From Rhynchobatus australiae (Eukaryota), in NCBI GenBank assembly GCA_034780895.1, contig JAUZTB010000107.1, positions 56,238,984 through 56,302,949 on the forward strand: a stretch of 63,966 bases of DNA, read 5' to 3'. Under the pieces are notes generated by a model, which saw only the letters and a list, made by a program, of their open reading frames with translations, made no database searches and was not told the DNA's origin. Made by a program: the position numbers and the translations under genes. Positions 39,188-52,156 of the stretch are shown here, one piece after another; position 1 is the first letter of the stretch, and every line of letters starts with the position of its first letter.

Positions 39188-40550
39188 GGTCTCAAAGTTG
39201 GATAGTAACTGTATTTTAAAGCCACTGTATAGATGTTTAGTTTGGTATTTTAATAAAGCCAATGTTTGCAGGTGATGGATAGGTTCCACAAAACGTGAAC
39301 AGTGCTGTGGTGTGGATCGCAGTGAATGGAAGTACCCACCATCCCAACAGCGTTTCCATTGCTGATCAGTTGAATTGTCAGAACATCCCAGTAAAATTGT
39401 AACAACATGCAAAAAACGAGTTAGATTTCTCTTGGACCTGACTACAAACTATTTTGACTTGTCCATCAAGTTAAAAAGCATGGCTTCCACCTCCTTCACT
39501 TTGGTATTCCACACTGTTCTGAAACAAAAGATTGGCAGGCATTTTTCCCGTTCATTTTCTTTTAATCTTTGGGATAGTGATGATCCATTAGTTCTATTTA
39601 GCAGCATCTTATCACTTCTGTTGGTTTACAGTGGTGAGACGGTACAAGAAATCTAGGTGTTCATGATTAGCAACCCAAGCTGGCTGCAGTTAGAGGGGTG
39701 GCTGTAGTTTAGAACGGAAGAACGATCCAAGTCCAGCAGCCAGTGTTGTCTAACGCCAGGGGAAGGAGTCCCTCTGTGAGAGCAGCCAATCTGATTTTGT
39801 ATTTGTCCCCTAAAGAATGTACTTTCCTTTACAATTACACGAGGCATGCAGTTTTTGAGAAGGTGATTTCTGGTGCTTGCAAAACATGACTCGTGACCTT
39901 AAAGGTTTGTCCCTGCAGTGACTGACACGAGTGACTTGAGCTGTTTGAATATTTTCTCAATGAGAAAAAGAAAATCCGTAAAAAAAATTTTAATTCTTCA
40001 TCTTCAGAATAAATGGGGTGTATGCTAATCAAAACCACATACTTGTGGGCCTCACTGTATCATGAGTTTCCAGAAGGAGTGTAAAAGAATTGTAAATTTG
40101 TTGCAGTGTGGCCTTGTCCTGTGCAGAGGAAGCCTGCTCCCGGCCACAGTGAATTGACTGAGCACGGTCCTGTTACAGTGCAGTTGTAGTATCCTTCCGC
40201 TCCAGGTTACTATATTGGTTAAGATTCTAACCATGTGATGATCTATCAGAAATTATTAAAAAAAAGTGGAATAACTAGTTTTTTTATATTTAAAAGGAAG
40301 CTTGCACGATTCTTGGTCAGAGTCTCTGTAAGACATGGCAGTATTTTTTTTGCTCCTCCATCACTTCTTTCCACATATGTGTTGGTGTTTGGACCAGCGG
40401 TGTCTGTAACCGAGAAGGTATTTAAGCCTGGGCTGCTTTTCTTGTGTGTGGTGATCTTGTGTGAGATGTTTGTAGTTTGTGATGCAGTTTCTTGTACATA
40501 CACACTTGAAAATCCATTAATAAACAGTGCAAGCTTTTATACCAATTACA
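39188..40550 (+). other. SAP130: SAP130 3' UTR (approximate end)
   Basis: Repeat-poor sequence after the stop; AATAAA at 39252, 40008 and 40519; GU/U-rich tract near 40600; transposon debris resumes at about 40850. Confidence 0.65.
40519..40524 (+). terminator. Probable distal polyadenylation signal AATAAA
   Basis: Upstream TGTA motifs (tgtacata 40493-40500) and a downstream tgtgtgtttatttt element. Confidence 0.55.
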
Positions 40551-40849
40551 CAAACTTGACTGGAAAATAACAAGCTTTAAGTTAATTTGCATCTCCTTAC
40601 ATATGTGTGTTTATTTTCCAAAGTTGTACTGTGACAAAATGGGGAACATGTCACATGCCTTGTTCCTAACTCTCCATAGAAGTTTGAATTGATCACAGTT
40701 TGACCATACTTGACATTAAAATTGTGATTTATGTGGGGCCTCGCTAAAAACAATCCACTTTTTTCAGCTGTTTTATGTTTTATTAACTAATTGCTGTCTT
40801 GAAAAATATTTAGGATTTGAATTTCTTGGTTTTAACCAACTTAAAAGCT

Positions 40850-41610
40850 CGACCATAAGATATGGGAGCAGAATTGGGCTATTCGGCTTATTGAGTCTGC
40901 TCTGCCATTTAGTCGTGGCTGATTTTTTTTCTCAACCCTATTTTCCCGCCTTCTCCCAGTAACCCTTAACCCCTTTACCAATCAAGAACCTATCAATCTC
41001 TGCCTTAAGTGTACCCAATGGCCTCCACAGCCCTCTGGGGCATCAAATTCCACAGATTCACCACCCTCTGGTTGAAGAAATTTCCACCTCATCTCATTTC
41101 TAAGGGGATGTAGTTTTATTCTGAGGCTGTGCCCTCAGATCCTAGACTCCCTAACTTACGGAAACATCCACTCCACGTCCACTCCATCCAGGCCTTTCAG
41201 TAGCTGGTAGGTTTCAAAGAGNNNNNNNNNNNNNNNNNNNNNNNNNNNNNNNNNNNNNNNNNNNNNNNNNNNNNNNNNNNNNNNNNNNNNNNNNNNNNNN
41301 NNNNNNNNNNNNNNNNNNNNNNNNNNNNNNNNNNNNNNNNNNNNNNNNNNNNNNNNNNNNNNNNNNNNNNNNNNNNNNNNNNNNNNNNNNNNNNNNNNNN
41401 NNNNNNNNNNNNNNNNNNNNNNNNNNNNNNNNNNNNNNNNNNTTCAAAGAGATATTCTTACCACCCCCCCCCCCCCAAAGATCTTTCTGAATTCCATTGA
41501 GTACGGGCCCAGAGCCATCAAATATTCTTCATATGTTAAGCCTTCTGTTCCTGGGATCATTCTTGTGGACCTCTCCTGGACCAGCACGTCTTTCCTTGGA
41601 TACGGGGCGT
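40850..41610 (-). mobile_element. CR1 3' fragment containing a gap
   Basis: gaccataagatatgggagcagaattgggc tail, ttccacagattcaccaccctctgg; a same-family copy lies at about 55515-55810. Confidence 0.8.
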
Positions 41611-44600
41611 AAAACATGCCAAAACATTGGGAAGATCATCTTTAAGCAAATGAAACTGTGTGGACAATAAACCAGCCAGGCAGAATTTGCATTTTCATTC
41701 ATTTTGCTATGAGTTCCTCAGTTTTACAAAGCAAACATACCAGTGACCAATTTCTTTCACATATGGGTTGCACTGGCCAGTGATGTGACCATGTTGACCT
41801 GGGAGACATGGGTAGATTTTAATAAGTTAATATTTTGAATGTGTACATGTTCTTACTACCAAATTCAGTTTAGCTACACCATAGAGACTGAAACTTGACT
41901 TTTTAAAAAAAAAACAAATATTGACTTCTGCAACAATAATCAATAACTATTTCTAAACAAAGAACTCAAAAATGGAAACATTCAAGCCCTAATTATCTTC
42001 AATCCCATGAGCTCCAATCTTAAACATCCCTTTGTATGCCATATTATCAAATGCTTTCTAAAGAAACAAATAAAATAAATCCACAGCCTTGCCTCCCCAC
42101 CATCTTATCTGCCTTGCTGGTTGATATACACCAAATGCTGCAATGCATCATGTAAGTTTCAGGACCTGCTAGTTTGTCAACTCCCAGCAAAACATAATGG
42201 CAGTTAATATGTAAAATGAATTGGGTTGGACTAACATGAATTTCTGCTCCCAGTTCAGCCCCATCCCTGCCTTGTCTCCAGTATTCTCTCAACTGACCTT
42301 GCAGTCCTGTGTCCTTTTTACTCCAGCCCATATGTAACATGTCATTAGATGTCTTGGTTGCCAATCACCCCATTTGTTGCTGACCTACTTGTGGACCCTG
42401 ATACCTCATATTTACAGAGTTGTACAGCATAGAAATATGTATTCAAAAGCTTTGAACCACAAACCTCCCCTTGCAATCTGCCTGGCATTCTTGTGCATAC
42501 TCCATCCTTCATTTCACTATTGGCAACAGTGCTTTGCGTTTTGTAAACTCCAGTCACAGATCTTCCATGCTCTCGTTTCTTCTTTGACTCTTAACTAAAT
42601 CTTGTTCCTTGTCAAACATTTTGTTTGCCACTCCTTGGTGTCAAGTTTCTTTATGCCTTTGAAGTGGGTTGAGACATTTTTCTAGATTAGAAATGCAAGA
42701 TCCGTCAGTTCTGTGTCTCACTGAATGGCTTGAGTTGAGCTCCCACCCTCAAAGTAGAATCATTGAACAAAGGCTATCTTGTGCTGGAAACCTGTACTTG
42801 TGTGCCAATTTATAGGTCTCTCAAACTTCTCAAGTACTTCATGTATAATGAATTGTTTTGAAATGGAGCTTTTATGTTGGAGACAGATCTGGGAGTTTTG
42901 TATAATGCTCGATTAAGCACCAATCCATTTGGTTTTGCTTGTGAATGAAGGATTTTTGACTGAGCTGAGTTATTCCTCCTTTTTAAAATTTAGTGCAATA
43001 GGATCTTTAAAGTTCAGAAATACATAGGTTGAGATTAATGTCTTTTGTTAAGAATTGCACATCTGATGCAGAGTTTTGCTCTTTTTAACAAGAGACAGAA
43101 TGTACTGGCTTAAATCCATAGCCTTAACCTGTGCAGGAGAGGAAGATAAACCAAGATGATATACCTTTATACTTTGTGGTAGTCAGAGGGTTAAAAACAA
43201 CCATCACAGGAGAATGGGCAGCATTTTCAGTTTGAACCGTAATGTAGAGGTTACAAGGATAGTTAATGGTCTGTGAATTTTTCTGAAAATGTAAGCATTT
43301 GATAATGACCATTGAAAGAGTGATTAATCACAGGATAAACTAGTCTGACATGAGGTATTAGCCCAATGTAGCATTCTCTCAGCTTCACCAAGCCGCAATA
43401 GAAGAATAGGGAAGTTAGCCCACATTACTGAGATTTGAGGTCTCGGAGCCCTTAAATTGGAAGCAACACAACAAGCCATCTGATGGTAGTGAGATAAAAA
43501 ACAATAGGCCCATTTTAAGATGTCTCCAATGGCAGTCAAGGCCTCAGCAGCAGACAGAAGAGATTCCTGTTACCGTGGTAATAAGAGAGAACTTGGGGGT
43601 CTAGGTTAAGACAGTAAAACACCCAAGTGATGAGACTTAGTCATGAAACCCACTTGGTCCTTTTATGAACTTCCAGGAGCAATCAATCCCAGGCTCCTCT
43701 GTACCTGATTAGCTTAGTACCAATAGCAAGGATACTACACAGCTAAAGTGGAAGATGGATGTAATACTGTGGCAGCCAGCAGTCCAGCTGCCAAAGGAGG
43801 AAGATGGAGGAAATAGGTCAAACCTGGATTGGCCTATCAGTGTGGTACAGTCTCATTGAACAGGTGGGAGAAGGTCCTTCCCAAATCCTGGAACAACATG
43901 AGAAGCTGGGATTACAGGGGGGCCCTGAGTCTGGTATTCAAAGAAGAGGAAGCCACACCTGACTTGACAGGTAGTGTGGTGTGCAAGGTGTGAGTGTGTG
44001 CATGTTGTCTTGGCTTTATTCAAACACTTAATTGCAGAGTGCACCTTTCACCAGTTGTTAGTGGTGTGTGTCTATTCAAGGTATGAATCCAGCCTAACAT
44101 TTGTGAGTAGCTGCCTCTGGAAATGTCCAGACCATGGTATCTATGTTACCTTTTCACCAGACCAGGTTTTGGAGGCCCTTTTGAGGTTGAAGCCTGGGCT
44201 GAAATTGTTCCAGCACTTCCATACTTGTGACACTCACAGATGGCTGGACATAAATAGTTTAATCAAACATATTCCTTGGTGTTCAGGTAAAATTCTATTC
44301 ACTCCAGATCCTGACTAGAAGATTGGCCCTTGTTCAAGAGCTTGACCTTACTAGGGATGATTCCAGGAGTCCAAGTTTTTTGTCTTATTTCAGGAAGGTG
44401 TCTTAGTAAGTTTCCATTGATCACACAGCAGTCAGCAGCAAGATGACAACACTTGCTATGCGCCTTGAAGAAAGATGCCTACAATGGTCTGCTGGATTCT
44501 GGAGGTGGATTCCCCCTTTACTGATGCACCACACGTTGTGCCCTTGCTATTCTAAGACTGTGTGGAGGTAATTGGATAACTCCACTGCCAATCAAACTTA

Positions 44601-45399
44601 GAAACTGTTATAATTGACTAGCCTGAGGCAATTAATTTATGCATAAGTATCCTTTACAATTGTATGTTTCTAGCAAAAGTATCCTGACTTTATTGAGAGA
44701 AATTGCTATAGTTTCCTAATTTAGTTTTCTCCACTCCTTAAATCAACTTTTTTTTAAAGAATAAATTGACTTTGTTTGCTGCACAATTGACAGTTTGCTG
44801 TGACCTTGAATTTTTGCCCTGCTTCACCTCCAAGTTATTGGCTGATGCAGGATTGTCAGTGGAAATATGTTTCCAAAGTCTGTTGCTGTCAGATGTCAGT
44901 TCAAAGGGATTTGCAGCATCCATCAAGTGATGTCAACAAACTAGGCAGGCAATCACGTCCGTACACGCAAACCTGGAAGAAAAATGTCCAGATTTTAACC
45001 AATAGATTAAACATTTTTAAGAGTGCACAAATTGAAAAGTATATTATTAAAATGAAAGCTGAAATAGAACATTTAAAAAATATATATTATTGCTTTAGAA
45101 GCCAAGGAATTTATTAATGTGCATCTGAGTTAATTTCACAATGAGCAAAGGAGTATCTCCACATGTTGGTCCTGAGTTGCTCAAAGTGGTTCCTGAAGTT
45201 TAATTGTTCATTCTTGGAGGATGTGCAACTGTATTACAACTGATGGGGTCTTAACTCTTCAGATTTTAACTGTTTAAGAGCAGTTTGACTGACATCCTTT
45301 GGGTGAAGTGAGTTGCACTATTCCAGTGTGGATGTAGCTGTGTTCACCGCAGTGAGGAGCTGGGGAGTTTGAGGAAGGCAGCCAATGTGGCTGATAAGA

Positions 45400-46170
45400 C
45401 AGGCTGTGGATTTTGTGGATGAAGACAGAGGTCTGTGAGGAAAATGACGTGACAGCACAGATTTAGGAGAGGACATAAATAGGTAGCATTTCCAGTGGAA
45501 AGAAAAAATTATCTTAATACCAAACTAGACTGAAAGTTCAGCTCGGGAGTGAGAGATTCCCAACTTCGTGCACTGCTTCATTTAAGTTGAGAGGGTTGGG
45601 GCCACAAAGAGGATGCTGGAATCCAGATGTCTTGAATGTTGCAGCCATCAAGCTGAATGAAGTTTTAATTCATCCTGCAGGTGGTAATTTGACAGTGCAG
45701 AAGAGATTCATGAGGCTAATTCCTGGAGTGAGAAGGTTGCCTATCACGTGGCTAAAGAAATTAGATTTGTGTTCTTCAGGGTGGAGAAGAATGAGGGATG
45801 ATCTTATTGAAATACACAACATCCTTGGGCACAACGGGGTAAATGTCGACATGTTCCCACCAGTGGGAGATCTTGAACAGAAACATGGTTACAAGATTAC
45901 GGGGCAGTCGTTTAAAACTGAAGTGTGTACTGAACTTGCAGAGGATGGTGAATCTTTGGATTTCTCTACCCTGGAGGGTTTTGGAGGCCAGAGCATTTGA
46001 AGATGGGGTATATAAATTATGGAAAGTTAAGGGAATTGAGGGCTATGGGGAACTGGCACAGAAAAGGAGAAGATGAGGCCTGGGGCAGATCAACCCTGAT
46101 CATATTGGATAGTAGGGCAGGCATGAGTGGCTGAATGGCCTACTCCTGCTCCTGTTCTCTTATGTTGTTG
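45400..46170 (+). mobile_element. CR1 3' fragment
   Basis: ORF 45587: VQKRFMRLIPGVRRL...LDLCSSGWRRMRDDLIEIHNIL; tail gctgaatggcctactcctgctcct. Confidence 0.85.
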
Positions 46171-47389
46171 TTCTCAGTTGATCAGTAAGTGTTGATCAAT
46201 CACGAATTCGGGTCACTGGGAGGTACAGCCAGCTCTAGGCCTCAAGATACTTGTATATATCTGAAGAAAATATTTTCCAAGAACTGTGTTCAGAATTTTT
46301 TTTCCAAGTATATTTGTGAGTTTTTGCCCATTCACAGCTCCTGTGCTGGCTGATCCCCTATCCATGAGGCACACACTCCGGAATTTTTATAATCTGCTGT
46401 CTTAACAACATCAACTGGAGTGCTGGTTAATTTTGTGGAGAAATGTGAATCTTTTGCTTATCAAGGGATTCCTTATTTCAACAAGTAGAGCCCTTCCTGA
46501 CCTGCAGTCCCAACAACAGATCACTCTTTCATCAGACTGGGTTCTTTTTAAAATGTAGATTTCTTTTTCAAAAGACTATCTGTTCTCAATCCTTCATCGA
46601 GCAGTACAGTGTTTCTGACTGCCTGTGTGGTTGGAATAGATTGATTTTTGTTGTTTTTATGAAGCTGAATGCAAGAACATCTAATAGCATGAATAGTGAA
46701 AAGGCAAATGGTTTTAACACAATAGGAGGAGTTCACTCGGCCCCTCAAGCATGTCCTCGCAGTCAATCGTGGCTACTCTGTCCCTAGATTTCCTTCAAGA
46801 CCACTTCCTCCAGGTAAGATATGTTTGATATATCTCCGGTGTCACTGAGGAAATTCCTGGTGTTTTTTGTATGCTGTCATTTCATACCTCCTCAGTTAAG
46901 TTTTCTTTGCTTTACCCTTCCTATTGTGACTCTATTGCAAACGTATGTCATTCCATTCTGGGTCCCACACCTCCTTCGGAGGTGTGGTGCAGATACACTA
47001 GAATAATGCTGAATATAAGTGTAGATTGTATAGACTAACCTTGCATTCCCTCAGTGTAGAATATTAAGTGTCAGTCTATTCCGGGTCCTAAAGACATTCA
47101 AAGGAGTTATTATGGAAGATGGAGAGAAACAATCTCCCCCAATGGACAGGAAGAGCCATAACATTAAAACGTTGCGTTCAAGGAGGATATCAGGAAGCAC
47201 GTTGCCACATGCAGGGTGGCAACACTCTTTAAACTTGCAGTGTGTGGGACAAATAAAAATAACAAAACTCAAATTGAAAAATCTTGGCAGGTAAGGGGAG
47301 AAAGTTTTATACAATTCAAGGTAGGGATCTGGAGTTCAGAAGCAGACTGTGATCCACTAGTGGAATGGTTTACAATTTGATTTTCTTTA

Positions 47390-47720
47390 GAAGAAAAATA
47401 GAAGCAGGAGTAGCCAACTAGATCCCTTATAGCTGCTCTGCCTTTCTGTATGACCATGGCTGGTCTTTTAGCTCAATATTATTTTCCTACACTTATCCCA
47501 TAGCCTTCGATTCCCTTTATCTAAGAATCTATCATTCTCTGTCTTGAATGTATTCAGCAACTGAGCCTCCACAGCCCTCTTGGGTAGAGATTCACCACCC
47601 TCTGAATACAGAAATTTTTCATTCCTGTCCTGAAAGATTGATTTTGAGATTCTATAATTTAGTTCTAGACAGCTCAGCCATGGGAAATACCATCCATTAT
47701 CTACCCCAGGCAAACCTGCA
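47390..47720 (-). mobile_element. CR1 3' fragment
   Basis: gaagcaggagtagcc...gagcctccacagccctcttgggtagagattcaccaccctctg. Confidence 0.75.
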
Positions 47721-47814
47721 AAAACGTTAAAATGTTTTCAGCCTGCTAATATTTCCCATTTAGGCTCGTACTTGAAGAATAGCTTTTCCTTCTAATTACC
47801 ACACTTACGAGAGT

Positions 47815-48175
47815 AGAGTAATAGTCATAGAGAGAGACAGCACAGAAGCAGGCTCTTTGACCCACCAAGTTCATGCCAAGCATCAACCACCCATTTACAC
47901 TAATCCTACCTTAATTGCACTTTTTATTCTCTCCACATTCCCATCAACTCCCAACAGTTTCTACCACTCACCTACACACTGGAGGTAATTTACAGCAGCC
48001 AATTAACCTACCAACCTACATGTCTTTTGGAATGTGAGAGGAAACCATAACATCCAGGTGAAACTCACAAGGTCATGGAGAATGTGCAAACTCCACATAC
48101 ACAGCACCAGAGGTCAGGATTGGACCTGGGTCATTGGAGTTATAAGACAACAGCTCTACTTGCTGTGCCACCCAG
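47815..48175 (-). mobile_element. V-SINE (HE1-like) with CR1-derived tail, antisense
   Basis: ggagaatgtgcaaactccacatacacagcacc...tgctgtgccacc; tail agtcatagagagagacagcacagaagc. Confidence 0.75.
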
Positions 48176-49015
48176 CTACCCAAAACATAGAGGGTAACTT
48201 AACTGGACAATTAAAATTTGTGACCTTAATTAAAATTGCAATGATGTAAAAAGTACACTAGTGAGGTAGCATCCATGAAACCACTCACTGTTGTCAGAAG
48301 GAGCTGCAATTGTCCACTTGAGGGCTGTCCCGTTCAGGAGTTTCACCAAAAAAAATTGGTTACCTTTAAGAAATTTTTACGAACTAACTGAATCCCAAGA
48401 GTTGGAGGCTCAATTATTTTGAAGAAATCTAAGAGCAGAGATGATTCTTTAATCCATGATCTCCATACGATTTCCTGGCTATCTCTTTGAGGCCACACTA
48501 GAGTAATGTGGAAACTTGTGAATGTTTCACATTAAGAATATGGGATAGCAACTGACGGGGCCAGCCTAATTAAAGCTTTACAACTAAGTGTTTTCAAGGC
48601 TACAATCTGATGTTTCAGCTATGAGCGAGTTGACCTGCTGCCTCTTCATACATATGATTGATGATGTCTCCAAATGCCATTAGATTAATGCATTGGAATC
48701 AGTCCCAGGAATACATTATGCCATAATAATAGCAGATATTGTGTTGCTTACTTTATTATTAAAAATAAAGGCTTGAATTACGTGAGAGATTCTCCTGCCA
48801 TGTGGCTTGAAGTTTTTATATTTGTCAGAAGTCAGCCTGAGGCAGTACTGCCAGGAAACCAGATATCCGTCAAAACTGGTGGTTGCTACGAACCTTAGAC
48901 TTTGCCTATAGCTTTTCTTTTCACCTCTTGCAGTTTCTGAGAATTGTGCTCATAGTTTAAGCACCGGCAAAAGGAAGAAAGAGATGCACAAGGGAAACTG
49001 ATGTATTGATTGCCA

Positions 49016-49249
49016 GGAATCCTTAAGAGATTATTTGAACTTGAAGCCACAGGTACAACATGTAGAGCTAGCTTGGATGCTGGTAGCTCTGTGAGACTGT
49101 TACCATCAAGAACTAAGAACTTCTCTATATTTCCACATTGGTGCAAGATGGAAATGATTGTCGTTATCCAATCTGCCAATTGTAATGGCTCTTGACTATG
49201 GGATCCAAGATGAAGAAATGCTTTTGCTGTTCAAACTTGTGGAAGTGTT
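49016..49249 (-). pseudogene. Decayed leucine-rich-repeat exon (LRRC28/LRRC58/LRRC69-like), probable pseudogene remnant
   Basis: ORF 48895-49179(-): DWITTIISILHQCGNIEKFLVLDGNSLTELPASKLALHVVPVASSSNNLLRIP, with LxLxxNxLxxLP and NxLxxIP 22 aa later; ctacag acceptor at about 49250; frameshift near the 5' end. Confidence 0.5.
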
Positions 49250-49839
49250 CTGTAGCCCACACATAGTATGTGGATGCTTTGTCTAGTACTGAATTCCAGA
49301 ACTGCCAGGTCACAGAGGAAGCCATTTGAATCTGCACCAGCTTCTAGTGGCCTAGTACTATCAGCTCCTTCCCCCTACAAGTAATTCTCTCTCAAGTGCC
49401 TTGAGAGAGGCAGTGAAGGGACAGTGAATTTCAGATCATAACTATTCTCAATAACTTGTGTTTCTCACATCCCCTGTTGATTGTCCTTGAACTAATGGGA
49501 TCTGCTTCCCTCTATTTACCCAATCCAAACCAATCACATTCTTGTGCATTTCAATCAAATATCCTCTTGACTTCCCTTGGTCCAAGGAGAACAAACACTG
49601 TTTTTCTGTTCTAACCTGGCTGAGAAAGGAGATGAAGAGGAAAATAAGATGGACAAAGACAGAATATGAGAAATCAAATGACAGTCAATATAAAAGGAAA
49701 ACCCAGGAGCTTTCTTTAGGCATTTAAATAGTGAGTAGGTTGTAAGAGGAGATTGCAGGTAATTAGGGACCAATGGGATAATCTCGAGGTGGAGGACCTG
49801 ATGAAGTAATTGGTAGCCAGCCTTTCCCATGAAAGAAGT

Positions 49840-50200
49840 TCAAAGTCAAAGTCAAGTTTATTGTCACATGCTCAAGTACACGTATGCACAGGTGCAATGA
49901 AAAACTTACTTGCAGCAGCATCACAGGCACATAGCACCTTATAAGCAGTATTCACAAGAAAAGCATAAATTTAAACATAAAAGATACATTATTTTTACGA
50001 GAAAGAACACAATTAGAACAAAAAAAAACAAAATCCATTTGAGTACAAAGTGACCATAGTGTTGCTAAACTGTAGTGACTTAGCATTTGCCAGTTGGTTC
50101 AAGAACCAAATGATTGAAGGGAACATGGTGGTGTGGGACTTCAGGTAGCGGTGAAAAGATGACATGGCCTGGATGGTGAGCATCTTTGATGATAGAGATT
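49840..50200 (-). mobile_element. Rex1/Babar-type LINE 3' tail
   Basis: aaagtcaaagtcaagtttattgtcacatg tail; ggtggtgtgggacttcagg...tggcctggatggtg. Confidence 0.6.
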
Positions 50201-52156
50201 ACTGGTAGACCTCAGCATATGATGGAAGTAGTGGTAATGGATGAGCTGATAACCGGTATTTGAAAAAAATTGGTTTTGAAAAAAATTTGAAAAAAAAGTT
50301 TAAAGTTATTCAATCTGGAATGGGATGTATCCAAGGCTGCTGAAGGAAGTAGAGATGGTGAAGGTTTGACACAATCTGCCAATCCTCCTTAGATATAGGG
50401 GAGTTGCCAGAGGACTGGAGAATGGTAAATGTGATGCATTTACTAGAAAGGGGTATAAAAACACACCAAGGGAGGAGACAGAAGATAGACTTTCTGGCAG
50501 AGATGTAAAAGTTGTAAAGGAACAGAGGGACTTGGGTGTACATGTTCCACCATAAATAAGCATCAGTGTGGTCATCTCAAGGACAAGCTAGGGAACTACG
50601 GGCCGTTGAGCCTAACATGAGTGGTGGGAAGGTTACCCTTTTGCAGAGTGCATCTTTATAGTCAAGGAGGGCTTTGTGCCCAGTTTGGTCCTGGCAGAAC
50701 AAAGGATTCCACACCTTTGCTGAACTTTCCCACTGTTTTCGAGAGTCTCATCAGTCATTAGTGCAGAATAATTCCACTNNNNNNNNNNNNNNNNNNNNNN
50801 NNNNNNNNNNNNNNNNNNNNNNNNNNNNNNNNNNNNNNNNNNNNNNNNNNNNNNNNNNNNNNNNNNNNNNNNNNNNNNNNNNNNNNNNNNNNNNNNNNNN
50901 NNNNNNNNNNNNNNNNNNNNNNNNNNNNNNNNNNNNNNNNNNNNNNNNNNNNNNNNNNNNNNNNNNNNNNNNNNNNNNNNNNNNNNNNNNNNNNNNNNNN
51001 NNNNNNNNNNNNNNNNNNNNNNNNNNNNNNNNNNNNNNNNNNNNNNNNNNNNNNNNNNNNNNNNNNNNNNNNNNNNNNNNNNNNNNNNNNNNNNNNNNNN
51101 NNNNNNNNNNNNNNNNNNNNNNNNNNNNNNNNNNNNNNNNNNNNNNNNNNNNNNNNNNNNNNNNNNNNNNNNNNNNNNNNNNNNNNNNNNNNNNNNNNNN
51201 NNNNNNNNNNNNNNNNNNNNNNNNNNNNNNNNNNNNNNNNNNNNNNNNNNNNNNNNNNNNNNNNNNNNNNNNNNNNNNNNNNNNNNNNNNNNNNNNNNNN
51301 NNNNNNNNNNNNNNNNNNNNNNNNNNNNNNNNNNNNNNNNNNNNNNNNNNNNNNNNNNNNNNNNNNNNNNNNNNNNNNNNNNNNNNNNNNNNNNNNNNNN
51401 NNNNNNNNNNNNNNNNNNNNNNNNNNNNNNNNNNNNNNNNNNNNNNNNNNNNNNNNNNNNNNNNNNNNNNNNNNNNNNNNNNNNNNNNNNNNNNNNNNNN
51501 NNNNNNNNNNNNNNNNNNNNNNNNNNNNNNNNNNNNNNNNNNNNNNNNNNNNNNNNNNNNNNNNNNNNNNNNNNNNNNNNNNNNNNNNNNNNNNNNNNNN
51601 NNNNNNNNNNNNNNNNNNNNNNNNNNNNNNNNNNNNNNNNNNNNNNNNNNNNNNNNNNNNNNNNNNNNNNNNNNNNNNNNNNNNNNNNNNNNNNNNNNNN
51701 NNNNNNNNNNNNNNNNNNNNNNNNNNNNNGACTTTGCTGAACCTTCCCGTTGTTTTCGAGAGTCTCATCAGTCATTAGTGCAGAATAATTACACTGTTAA
51801 TGAATAGATAAAAATTCCAATCTTCTAGAGGGCGGGTGGTTCAATGACTATGTAGCTGAGAAAAGTTTGTGACGAACTCAAAGCCCTGGGATCGTGTCTG
51901 ATGGGGCAAATTAGCATTCCCCATTGTCTCACTTGGCTGAAACATATCCTGATTGTTTTGCAAAGCTACCCCTTTAACTGTACCTGATTAATGCTTGGGG
52001 CTACCTTCACATTGATGTCTTGCTGTTTCAGTTTCATTAATTCCTGGGGAAAAACAATGGTCTTAACAGATAACCAATAGTCTTAACCCCTTGGTTACAT
52101 CCAGCCATTGGTAGCTGTTGCAACAGGGAAATCATTGATTGCTTTTCATCTTACCA

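Noticed and set aside
41213-41451. ttcaaagag repeated on both sides of a gap
   Set aside because: It lies within one CR1 fragment and is most simply a contig-end overlap.
43500-44700. Complex, non-obvious sequence downstream of the 3' UTR (possible LTR or other element)
   Set aside because: I could not identify terminal repeats, coding motifs or a family with any confidence.
49555-49830. QVLHLEIIPL as another LRR unit
   Set aside because: It lacks the conserved Asn and a second repeat, and lies in purine-rich LINE-like debris.
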